This document shows, piece by piece, positions 38,852 to 51,200 of a DNA stretch of 64,000 nt. Within the stretch, counting starts at the first letter, position 1. Every line of letters starts with the position of its first letter. The stretch is from contig CM120644.1 of NCBI GenBank assembly GCA_051362555.1, positions 10,562,567 through 10,626,566 of the forward strand, in the 5' to 3' direction. The stretch comes from Lingula anatina. Its lineage: Eukaryota; Animalia; Brachiopoda. Under the pieces are notes generated by a model, which saw nothing but the letters and a program-made list of their open reading frames with translations, did not search any database and was not told the DNA's origin. The translations under genes and the position numbers were made by a program.

Positions 38852-39707
38852 TGTTTTGATAGAACAACTCTTTAGCAATCTCCAAAAAAGGAAATAATAT
38901 TCAAATAGTATAATTTTTCAAGTCCTTATAAACATGTACATGTATCAGTCACACTTGGACACGGTAAATGTATTACACCAACTACAGGGAATTAATTCAC
39001 CGTATTGACAAATCATGTCTCTGTAAAACTGAAGAAAGAGAAAGACAATTTTGGGATTATTTTACAAAAATACCTCTTACCTTGTTGATCAGGCCTTACA
39101 AAGTTAATCGTTGGCGGCACGTTTGAAAATAAACTAGGCGTCAAAGCGGGTAATACGGTGTTCTCGACTTGAATGTTTTCTGCAATATGAGGGCTTGGAG
39201 GACAGTCAGCTAACCGCTCCGATGACCCTCGACCCGAATTTGCCTTGACTGGACAGCTGTTCTCTATTATGGTTGCTCTTTCACCTTGTAAGAAAATAAT
39301 ACATATTTAGTTGTGTTGTTTTTATCGCTTTGATGCATAACAGAAACACAGTGTAAGTAAGTCTGCAGCGCACTACCTAGTGGTACGCGGAAGACCGGTA
39401 ACTAAATTAATAGTGTCGGATATATTTTAATACAGGCCCGTAGCCAGGTGGGTTCGGGGGGTTCGAAAGAACCACCCTTTCTGCTGGAAAAGGTCCACTC
39501 TGGGTAAAATTTAACCTATGTACTTGAGGATTTTGAGGTAAAAGGTCCACTTTTTCAGAAAACAAACCCCCTCTGAAATTGCTGGCTACGGGCCTGTAAT
39601 ACAAATAAAATTATCAGTAACAATAAAACCTGTGCAGGAAACGTACCTGAGGCACTTGTACTGGTGGATAAAACCAATGTGACAGTTACACAAATTACAT
39701 AATCCAT
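31564..39707 (-). CDS. TTLL4-like: TTLL4-family ATP-grasp ligase paralog B, ~564 aa, with N-terminal signal-peptide-like exon. Exons: 39707-39647, 39284-39081, 38583-38479, 37999-37914, 37550-37356, 36652-36570, 35312-35184, 34856-34746, 34229-34128, 33944-33810, 33013-32903, 32470-32362, 32043-31892, 31675-31564
   Basis: Same exon sizes as paralog A except exon 2 (204 vs 240 bp); exons conserved while introns diverge; in-frame TAG 8 codons upstream of the ATG. Confidence 0.92.
35676..36285 (+). mobile_element. Penelope-like retroelement 3' fragment with GIY-YIG endonuclease and inverted terminal copy
   Basis: NLIYVLTCSGCGENYIGQTGDTLRHRMTVHRQQIR...YKPTLNR* (~35854-36135); ~80-bp inverted repeat 35676-35752 / 36205-36283 with cctgaagaaag..gaaaccggtcgg; second inverted pair 35751-85 / 35846-80. 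Confidence 0.85.
39433..39596. mobile_element. MITE with CAGG termini (hAT-type)
   Basis: TIR CAGGCCCGTAGCCAG / CTGGCTACGGGCCTG, 5-bp TAATA duplication. Confidence 0.8.
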
Positions 39708-40896
39708 GATATTTCTGGTCTTCTTCGTCTAGGTCGACTCAATGTTTCTAACCTTCGATATTGCGTTACTTGCGTTATTGTTACTTGCGTTACTTGTGTA
39801 CCTGGCTTAATATACTGTTTTATCAGAAAGAAATGTCGCACGGCTGCACATGCATACAACGTTGATACGGGAGTAGGGAGGGAAGCCTGTAATTAGTGTG
39901 ATATTACAAACCAAGCTGCAACGAACTTAAATGCATCTAATAAGTCTGCTGTCAACTTTAATATATGTGTACACTCAACGGAGCCAACTATATGTTATGT
40001 ATTGGACAGGCTGTTCACCTGAGTCAATTCTAACTACATTTTGATACCACTACATACCATATTTAAATAACATTCACAGCATGTAAACGACACACGGGAA
40101 AATTACAGGGATAGAAATCAGCCCGATATGTATCTCAGTAAATGGATTGCGAGCTTAAGGGTCGCATGGGAAATACATGTACACGCTTGTTGCGTTCGGG
40201 TGGACGCCACGGAAACACCTTTGCCAGCACTGTGGCCTACTATTTTACCTCGTATATAGGATGTAGGCTCAATGACCATCCAACACCATAAAATGAGGAA
40301 ATCATTTAATTTTTTTATGTTTATAAGATTGTGTGTTTTCCATTCAAGTAATTCCCAGGAAGTAAATTTTGCAAAAAACATATTTGGGAAATAATTCCGA
40401 GGAGAAGATTCCATTTCTTTTATGCTGAACGCGGTGTACAGCTTGCATGACTTGGTGCTATACCGGAAAGCTAAGGAATCAATTCAAATTTTGTCACTTT
40501 TATTGATGAGCCTGCCCAGAACGTTCCCAGTTAGATGATTTCAGATGCTTTTATTTTCATTTTGTTTTACACCTAGTTTACGTTCGACTTCGCCTGTGAC
40601 GTTCTAGGGCACGGTGAGAGTCAAAGCGCTTCACGCCTTGGTGGTTTTAGATTTGAGTAGTCTGCCATTTCAAAGGGCGGCTGTTGTCCCCGGCTCTACA
40701 TGACCATATGAATAGTCTTGGTAGGCAGGGCCCAATGGGGAGGGCATAAAATACAAAATATGTGATAAGGTAAACAAATAGTGGCGACGTGACTTAAAAA
40801 AAATAGTTTCCTCGCTGATAATCGTCCCAAGAGGACAGCACTTTTCGTTGAAAGGGCAGTATGACATGGAATGCGCCATCCCGGCCGCGGGTTAGG

Positions 40897-41806
40897 TACT
40901 GACTTATTTCAAGTTTGATCTGTTGCGTAGCTAGTGAAGAGATGAGGGCAATGACCATCCCCGCCTAAGAGTCATTTAAGGACTTTAAATTGAAGAGAAA
41001 TGAAATATTTATGACAACGCAAACTTTATCATAATTGGCAGCAATAAGTTATTTTGAAATGGATCACTTATTATAAACTTTTCCAATATTTTCTGCAAAA
41101 GGTAAATTTGCTGGTACCCACGAGAGGCTGCTCTCGTTTTCCCGACTGGTCGCTTCCGTGGCCAGCTCGTTGTTGTGTTGAACTGACTTGTCTCATCCGG
41201 GACTCGAACTCGTGACCTTGCGTTACTATGGTTGGTGATTGCTTGATGTGATGTTTTTTTACATCCTTGCACGCTACCGACTGCACCGTGAGTGACCCAC
41301 CCACCCTCCGTACGTACAAGTTTCCTCTTATAGTGAACAAGAGCAATTTTCAAAAATTATTTTTAGGTAAAAGAATACAACCAACCTCTTAGGATTCGAA
41401 CCCGTGTACCAACGATCGGCTGTCTAAATCACCGGTGTTACCACGGAGCCACAGAACCTTTTTATACACACTAATGATCAAATGGTGACTTTCTACCTTG
41501 TCACAGAGAGGGCCAGATTGGCAGTACATGTGTACATCTGCAATTGCAAACGAAAGCCCGAGTGCCGTACAAATTGTATATTTCAGCCCAACCAACGCCA
41601 GTCCCAGAACATGGGCTTATCGTCAACGTACATGTAGATGTTCCTGATGTACAAGAGGCCTTGTTTGAGAAGCTGACACGGAGCTTTCCTAAGTATTGAC
41701 TTAATTCAAGTTTGATCTGTTGCGTAGCTAGTACAGTGATGAGATCAATGACCATCCCCGCCTAAGAGTCTTTAAGAACTTTTAAGCGAAGAAAAATGAA
41801 ATATTT
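40897..41806. repeat. ~115-bp direct repeat pair (40897-41010, 41693-41806)
   Basis: ttcaagtttgatctgttgcgtagctagt...caatgaccatccccgcctaagagtc in both. Confidence 0.8.
41388..41458 (-). mobile_element. tRNA-derived SINE head or tRNA pseudogene
   Basis: A-box GTGGCTCCGTGG and B-box GGTTCGAATCC on the minus strand; no clean cloverleaf. Confidence 0.45.
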
Positions 41807-42300
41807 TGTCATTATTTTCAAGTAAATTATTTTTATTATAATTATTAATATTCAAATTGACATCTAGTTTTCTGATAAATTATATCAATAATACTATCCA
41901 TTGCTTAATTGATATGATTGTCAGTATGTATAGTTTGGTCCATTCACTTGGTAAGTTTGATTTCTTCTACATAAAATAAATTTTAAAAAAACATTCCTGG
42001 ACACGCACGCACGTAACACGCTTGCCATAGAAGCTAGCAATAATATGCTGTGTTTCTGAATAAAAAAGTCGGGGATTACATTATAGCATTTACCGCTCTT
42101 AAGTATCCTGTGATGTTCTCACTTCCATTTCTCATTGCATATTCAGATGTTATGAATGAGTATTTAGTTCCTTCGAAGAACAGGCAAATTATTTGTCGTA
42201 ATAGTTTTTACTATTGCAAGAATAAGGTCTACTATCCCACGGACAGAGTGTCTTAAAACATTATAAGTTTTGTATCAAACTGCATTTTGAAGTGCATATC

Positions 42301-44486
42301 TTATTTTTCTATATCATAAACACTTTTGAGAACCGACAAGTCGTTAAAATGTTCCGGCAATGAATTTCTTTTGGGCAAAGCGTCATAACCTGACGGCTCT
42401 TCAGTGGGCTCTATCACGTGACCATGCGGAATGATGTCACGGTTATTTTGATATCCAACATCACTGTCAGCACCGTCCTTATGCACGTATTCTTGTGGGG
42501 GGTAGACGGGGGCGTGAGTGACCATATTACATCCATTATCAAACATGTCACACATCAGACTGCTCACGTTAAATCTCGTCCCGGGCGGGCAGCGTCTTAA
42601 CTGGAAGCCAACTTTGTCGTGCGCCGTGTACACGCACTCCAAATACGCACACGGGTCTGGAGCGAAGATCTCAACGTTGCCGTTGTCGCGGGCGTTGACA
42701 CACGGTCCTCGTATTGCTTTGGGGTATTCGACTTTGGGCTCAAAGCCGTGCTCTCCATAGCCGTCCGGGTATGCCTCTTCTTGATACGAGTAGGACTGGT
42801 CTTTGAATGGCAGCGCTGGATAAATGAAAATTATAAAATTTTGTTTTGTTAAGAGCATTCAAATAGATTAACTAGATGTAAAATACACGCGATAAAATGG
42901 TGGACAATTTTGTCAAAACTGTGGTAAGATGGTTATCATATTTCGTTTCTATATCTATGCACTGTTAATCAAAAACGGGATTCTATATTTGAATATACAT
43001 GTGTTTTTCCGAGAAACGTTTTGGTTTAGAATTGGTTATTTTAGTATGACACCGATGTACTGTACCCATGAGGTAAGTAGATTTTTTAAAGAGCCATATA
43101 TATTGTATTATTTTGCACCGTACTGACAATAACGTGTAGACGGTGATCTTGCTGGCCTTAAATAGCCACATCCAAGTTGCGGAAAAGAAAATAAACTGCA
43201 GCCAACTTCATTGTTTTACACATTTTGTTGCGAGCCCCCTACGCTGCGTTTCTTTATAATTTATGGTCGTCACATAGCTACAGTATGTATGCTCCAAGAC
43301 AATTAGCTACCATTCTACTGCTACCTGTACCTAGATCTTGAATTGTATTGGACTAAAGAAGTAAATATATCCAATTACGTTTTAACCGTACTTTGTTCTT
43401 CTTTAACCAAATGTCCATTTGGGACAGCAAGACGACATTATGTCAAGCCATGAAACACCTTTAAAAACTATCCACTTATTTTTGAAGAGTTTTTCTTTTC
43501 TTTTTTTTTTTTCTTTTTATTTTTTATTGTGTTTAGACTGCTATCGATAATTGACTAATACTTAGGAGACTAAACTAAAATTTAAGATTTTTATGAAACA
43601 GAATCCCCTGGCAATAGTATTGAAGGCTTTGTTCCGTCAAATACCAGAGATTTCTGGTAACTAAAATTTTAGTTACGGTGTAAGGTCAGACCAGGTCATA
43701 AGAAATCGCCATGTTTTGACTACACAAAAAAAGAGGTTTATGACAGTTATGTTTAAATCCAACCCATATGTTACATCGTGAGATGCACCATCACTATGCT
43801 AAGTCTGCATGGCGACAGCTGGGAATACTCCAACATTTCAAGGTGCCTTTGCCTCACTCTAATGTCACATATGTTTACAACGGCTGCTTATACGGGACGT
43901 GTTCACAGCAGGACAGCTTACAGCAGACCAACAATAAAGAAAAGTTTGGCGTAAGCCATATTTATTCACGGACTGTTGGGAATCTTTAAATAAACTCACT
44001 GACGTCATGATAGACGTACAGATGTCACCAAAATAGCGGTTTTCCATGACGTAGTGAAAAGCACCCCTACTAGACAGTACCCCCCCCCCCCCATGTTATT
44101 TAGTTGTCTAGAAACGTCAATCAAACTGTTTCCGGTCTCAGATTATCCTGCTGATAACGTACTGTAGCTCGGGTAGCATGTACATGTATAGGCACCTGCT
44201 TTGATTTGCCTGTGCTGCTATACCTGTACAGGTACAGGGCTTTGTTCTGAAACCTCTGAACCCCCTACCCTCATAAATGATTGCTAAGGCATTCTGGAAT
44301 GCAAACAACAACAAAATAATCGCTACGCTACCTTAATGAAAGTCATGAAAATGACTTTAGACCTTTATGTAGTGATTCCAGGTCCCCGCCGCGAGTGTGA
44401 TTAATAGTCGTTTATTTTTTTTTTGGATATGTTCACGCTGATGATTATTATAATGATAATTTGTAACAAAAGGTCTTCCTTCATTG

Positions 44487-44525
<39 letters not shown>

Positions 44526-45402
44526 TATGTTTATTTATTTATTTATTTATTTTTCGTAGGTCTCAAATTCTTGGTGTAGGTCATATTTCGTTCCACAAAA
44601 AATGACAAAGCATCTAACTTATTTTGTAATATTTCCCAAATGACTATTTAAAAAACGCATTATCCTTTTTCCTTTGAATAAATGAATAAATAAATAATTA
44701 AAAAAATACTGGACACCTGGGACGATTAAAAATGTAATAGAAAACAACCCCTTTTTTGCGACCAGTGCAAACTTCCCAGATGGGTTTTTGTTTGTGATAT
44801 TTTTTAATATAGACCTAGGATAGATTTTGGGTTCCACCAGTAGTGTAGACTTGATGATTGTTATGTGAACCTCCAGTGAAACAGAATGTACTATAACTCT
44901 ACCAATAAGTTACTATGCAATATATGTCAGAGAGAGGTGGGCTAGATGTATTTTCATTTTCTTTGTTGTCTGCCGTAATTGTAGGTTTCTGGTTGCTAAA
45001 TTATTCCATCCAATCATATGTCAAGAAAAATCTGTAAAGCATGGCAGCTTTGTCGTATTTAACATTTTCTATAAGTCGATGTGAAAACCGATTTAAAATC
45101 ACAAAACCGTTGATGAAAATTGAAACAACATGATATAAAACGTGTCCGTCTATAAATTCGGATCCATTAATCATACATGCAATATTCTTATAATACAAAG
45201 TGACACTCTTAACAAAATATTGTTATTCTAGTTAAAACACGTACGCTATAACTTCACGATTGAAGCCAGCAATGCAAAATTGGTTATGAAATACATGTGC
45301 CCAAAATGACACAATATAGACAAAAAACCTCTTTGTGTACTAACCGTTAACAAAGGCTATGGCAGCAAACAAATATAGGATGTCAGCTACGACAGATATC
45401 AT
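42301..45402 (-). CDS. Secreted chitin-binding (ChtBD2/CBM14) protein, ~190 aa (exons 45402-45345, 42815-42301)
   Basis: Signal exon MISVVADILYLFAAIAFVNA with phase-1 intron; six-Cys CVNARD...DPCAYLEC...RRCPPGTRFNVSSLMCDMFDNGC; Tyr/Glu/Pro/His-rich flanks. Confidence 0.82.
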
Positions 45403-47792
45403 CTTGGCCTTGTGATATTCTTCAAATGTTTAGATCTGCTCTCTTCTCATGAAAGATGATCAAAGTTACGGAGGTGCTCCTGTCTTAGTCAGTTAAGTAT
45501 GACTGTTCTACTGGATGGCTGATCGCCAATTTGAGAACAGAGCTTTTCTATAAATCAGTCGAGTTTTCTTTATTTTTTTTGCGCCAGCTGGCGCAGCTCT
45601 GTCGTAGGGCGTGATGCGGAGTTAACAAGATGGCGGCCGGTCTTTTGTTACTTGGTTCATGCCCAATGCAGCTGATTTGTAACAGACTGGTAGGTCAGTG
45701 CTCTCACGTCACTGCTTGATTGAATAATTATGACGTTAATTTAATGAAATGTTTGAGCTAATGCAAAGTTAAGTATCATTTATCGCAATAAATTTTCACC
45801 AACATTACGTTGCATAACATATGTGACACATTATAATTCAAATTGCGCAAAAAGCCGTCATCTGTTTCAATCTGCATTCTGTATTGATTAATGAGAAAAA
45901 AAAAGTCATTCAAGCCAGGAATTTTAAATTCATTTTTAAAAATAAGAAACCGTGTCAGCTCTGTGACTGACTGCTATTCACATTTCCAAGTTACACACTG
46001 TTTCAGGCCTACATATTTTCGTTGCTATAGAATGTTTTTCACATGTATATGCAATAGTTATATTGTAAACAATGTATTTTACCAAATAAATAAATAATTG
46101 AACAAATAATCGAGATACCGTTTAAAAATACATGTGAACTTACCGGTATTACATAGTTTCATAGTTGCATATTAAATTCACGACTGCTTCTCTAGGTCGC
46201 ACAGTTATGTCGGCTCAACTTGGATGGAAACAGGCACCACAAAATGTCCTGAAAATTACCAGCCTTTACAAGTAAGCTGTGTACGCAGTGCTCGACTATG
46301 ATAAATCTGTTATAATGTTAAGAATGTTGCAGTCGTTTTTTTTTTTTTTTTTTTTCTGCATTATCGCAGAGTATAAAACGAAGACGTTAATGGTAATGTG
46401 ATGCTAACAGAATAAGAGCCTAATCTAACTGAATAAAGACCCGCAGAAGAGAAGGAACAAATAAAATACGGAATGAAAAGAAGGAGAAAGGAAAACATCA
46501 ATATAAAACTAAAAACATGCACTTGGTCGCCATTGATATAACTTTATTTACAAAAGTGTATTTTTTATACAAACCATAGCCGTATCAGCAGTAACATATT
46601 TAGTTACATATTATTATATTTGAAAAAGATTATCCCAAGTGAGGCGTCGCATTTACACGTAGTAATATCCGTATATACATGTAACTTCAATCTCAGTCTT
46701 ATTGACTAAACATGTTTTGTTCATTGCGTCACGTCATTCAAGTGAATATGAAACACCCATCTCGTTTTATATTTGAATCCACTGAATGCTAGTCTCATTA
46801 TCTCATATGTGTTACGATTAACAGATATCTGTATTATTACCTAACCAGCTCCCTTTAGAAGAGTCAACGCATGTGCAACATAAAGGTTGTCTTGTCTTAT
46901 TACAAAAATGGTGAAAAGGTTGTCATCTTTACTCCTGTTCAGCATGCTATTTGTAAATATAAAAGACAACCTCACATACCAAATATCTCTCGTACTGATT
47001 ACATTAAGCCATTACGTCTACCTTTACCTTTTACGCACGGCATTAAACGGGGATACCTTTCAAATATAACTCTCTTATCTTATTTACAACATACAATGCC
47101 GATGATTCTTTATTTTTACATTACATATTACCTCGAGGTTGCTGCACTGCTGACATATTTTGCTCTGTTTACAGATGAGAAAAAAATCGCGTCACATTTA
47201 TCAGAATTATTTTCATCACAGCTGTCTGTGGCCGAGCAGACGACCTCAAGATTTGTGGATACTCTTTCACATGGAAAAGATGCAGTAAGTCGTCAGATAC
47301 ACCGACTTTTTATTCTTAATGTGTCGCTTTCTGCGGAACTTGACTGCATATACACGTACATAATAGCTCCGGCATCAACTTCTGTTACTCTCCAAAGGGT
47401 AAGGGTCTGAATGAAATTTGTAGCTAGGAGTGGAACTTTTAGAAACTTTTAGACCAAAAATGCTAGTCTATTTAAACCCAATATCAGTCAGCTGTACTAG
47501 TACATGTAGTCCAGTTACATGAAAGATTGCACCAATTTTATAACAGAGAAAGAAATTTCTTTTGTTTCAAGCCAATTTACACTTATTTGATATATGTACT
47601 GGACCTATTATTATGTATTCATTGGGTTCATCTAAAATCGAAGTACAAATTAACTTTTGGTTAAACTTATAAAAAAAATGTAGGTCTTCGCATCTTCTGT
47701 AAAATGCTCCATCATTTTTAGAAGTAAACATCTGAACATTCTGATGGGTACAATTCTTAGAGCGGCCTTCACTTGTCCTTCACCCAGAGAGA

Positions 47793-48176
47793 CTAGAAAT
47801 ACCCATTGGAATGGTGGCCATTCTCAATTTTAATTTCGTTCTGGTCTACATTGTGCGCCACGTTCATCTCCCTGGCGTCAATCTCGCCGTCCTGACCGCG
47901 GGACTCGTTGCTGGCGTTATGTTTGCCTGAGTCCAGATCCTCAACGAATTCGTCAATGATGAGACGCATTGGAGACAGCAAAGTGGGTTCCATGTCCCCC
48001 TTCCTGTAGGCAATCAACTGAAATATGATTTGTTGGTTTGTTAAAATTTTGTCCTTGAAAACATTAATTTATTTAAAACGGTAGATATCGTATCAAGTAG
48101 ATTAGTCAATTGCCCTTCTTTTTACGCGGGTGAAGTCATTCAAATCTAATCCAATGCTTCTTAACTTAATTAAAAA

Positions 48177-48225
<49 letters not shown>

Positions 48226-51200
48226 GGCATTACCTTTGGTACCAGAATCAGCAGCACGATAGCAATGGTGCAGATCAAAGTAAAACCGCCGATGACGCCA
48301 TAGCGCACAGTGGGCTGGTCCTGTACTAATATGGACACGGGCACGCCCACTATGGCCGCTAAGACAACACACACCATGGCCAGCCCAATATGGCTGCTGT
48401 CACCGATGCTGTTACGAATGGACATCACCCTAGAGAAAAAAGGGAGAGGAGCTAACGTAAATGAATGAATCAATGAATGGAGCGTGCAAAAGAGAAAATA
48501 AAAGTTAAATAAAAGTTTGGGTTTAAATAAATGAGTTTAAGGACAAATAGATAAACAAACTTCAAACGTGAAAACAAAACTAAGTCTGTCTGTTATCCGT
48601 CCTTACCAAGCTGGCCATATGAGGCAGATAGAGACCAGCAACATGAGTCCTTTAAATGTGAAGAATGCAATGGTCCAGCCCATTGTGCCGTATGAAGTGC
48701 ACTGGAACAGCACTGGGATGACCACAAGGCCCTCAGCTTCATTGGTCTGTAATACAGAAACCATGTGAATTTTATTTTTAGGGATGTAAATTAGAATAAA
48801 TTAGACACAAGATCAGGATGGTTGACTGGTCTGAGTTCGACTGCTTGCGACAAAAGTCTGGACATTTCTTAAAATATTCCATAGCCCACCATCAGCAGCA
48901 CGGTAGCAATGGTGTAGATCAAAGTGAAAACGCTGATGACGGCTATGAAATTAGATAAGCATTTCTACTCTTCATGGACTGATAATAGAAAACCTTCATC
49001 TAAGCTTACCACAGGCGCCAGTTCAACTCTAAACACAAGCAGTGGATCTGTCAGTTGCCAGAGAAGCAGCAGCAGGAGGTCGATGCACAGCATAATGGCC
49101 ACAGCAGTCAGCAGACGAAGCTCAGCCTTAATACCCTGGAATACAGATAATATCTGGAAATGAGGCATCCGTATGCGACAAGGTTTATCAACACAACTGC
49201 AGAAAACCAGATTGATTTATAATGTGAGAATACTTAAATTGATACATAAAATGCAAGAAAGCAACTATTGTCTATGATAGTAATATGTTTGTAATGTGAA
49301 GAAAGTCCTTATTTACATCCTTATTCTAAATTGTCTATATTTTGAAGATACGTTCTAGTAGCTTTATGATTAAAATACTCTTTGTGAAAGAGGAAATATA
49401 AATCTTTCGTTTGTATGCTATTTTATAACAGTTCTTACCACCAGAACATCAAAATACCAGGGAAACAATTCTCCTTGCACTTACCCATTCTACGTTATTC
49501 CTATAAAACCTGAAGATACCCCACATCTTCACCAGCATAGTACCATAACATAGAGTAAAGCCCAGGATGAACAACCACGTGGATCCCTGGCACGTGCTCT
49601 GTGCGTTCCTCGATGACGTAGCGTCAAATCCAGCCAATAGGATGCTGATATCAATCAGGATACAGCCAATAGCGATTGTTATGTTCATCACTGGCCAAGA
49701 ATTCTGGATAAGTCTGTAAATGGAAAATTCCTGTAACATTTCGGGCATTTATCACTGTTGTTTAGACGGGTTGATCACATATTAACTCATCCCCTTCTTT
49801 ACACCCTGCCCCAGACTGCATTGCTACATTTCACATCTTTGCCGCACAACAGCGATTTATTATGGAAAAATAGAGACACAATAAACGATGCTTCCCTCGC
49901 TTTACAAGGTGCATTTAAAGCGTTGACAAGGACAATTTTACTTTCATATGAAGGAAAAGGGGACAAAAAGTGTTTCGGTAATCTTTTGTTTTTATTATAT
50001 TCCTACCGTGGAGCAAAAAAAGGGTACATACGAAGTTTATAAAGAGGGGTGTGGTCCAATGCGATCTCACCCACCCCCCCCCCCCACCAAATCTGCCATA
50101 TTACCATTGTATCCACTAGGATCAAGTTATTGTCGATATTTATGGTCTTTCAATTAAATAAAGCATCATGACACAATAGGAATTCTATTTGGACAAATAT
50201 CTTACTTGGTTTTCCACTTGAAGATAGTGAACAGGATCAGCAAGATGGCGCCTACAATGGCCACCGCTGCCACCACGCAGTACGTGAGCCGTATAATCTC
50301 AGAGATTAGGCGTGATTCGTACACCTGTCTGTATCCGGCCAGAGGAGCTTTTCCACCTAAATATACCGATATAAAAGGCATTTTTTTGTATAAAATATAT
50401 TATTTTATATGCCACTGTACATGTAGTTGGTGCGACATTGTGTTAAACGTGATGAGTTAAATATGATAGTTTTGAGGTTGGAACTTAATTTGCTGACAAT
50501 AACACAAGCAGTGAGAATCATCAAAGATAAGAAATGTTACATTCGAAAATCGACAATACATGTTAATACCGTTTATGTAAAATATAAATCTTATAAACCA
50601 AAATTATGTCCGTATAAGACAAAATAATGTGATGGTTACAATGTTACCTGTCTCTCTCCATATCTGATTGGCTGCCACAGACCACGTGATGTCTTGCGTT
50701 TTCTGATCATAAATACCAATAGCTTTTGCCGAGCCATCTTAAAATGAGAAAAAAAGTATTTGTTCAACATATTTCAAGATTGATTTATTTCTGTGTATAT
50801 TAAACATAATAAATGTAGCGTTTCGCAATAATTGCAACATTTACTCATATCCAAAGCTTCGAAATCATGTCTCTGACTTTGCACACTGGGTTGCAGACTA
50901 AGGACGACTACTTACTAAAAATCTGTTCTATCGCTATGACACTGAGACGGTTCCCTTCTTTGGAAAATGATACCGGACCCTAAAACAACAAGTGTGTTCA
51001 AATGAAATGAGATAAAATTCGAAGTGAAAAAAGATAACATTATGATGAATCTTTCGTAATCACATCGCCAATACTTCTCAAGAAAAGTCTGAGTGTTGTA
51101 CGTGCTTAAAAACAATCTAAATTTGAAACATAAATCATACAGACTGTACTGTCGCAACTAAGGCAATCTAATACAACTATGGCTTCACAACAACAGCATA

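Noticed and set aside
40670-40750. Tyr-rich peptide PAYQDYSYGHVEP as an extra exon of the chitin-binding gene
   Set aside because: Lies downstream of the stop codon and lacks a clear AG acceptor
41388-41458. Functional tRNA gene
   Set aside because: A/B boxes are present but acceptor and anticodon stems do not pair convincingly
46871-47410. 179-aa plus-strand ORF
   Set aside because: No recognisable motif, AT-rich, lies in the probable GPCR 3' UTR/intergenic region
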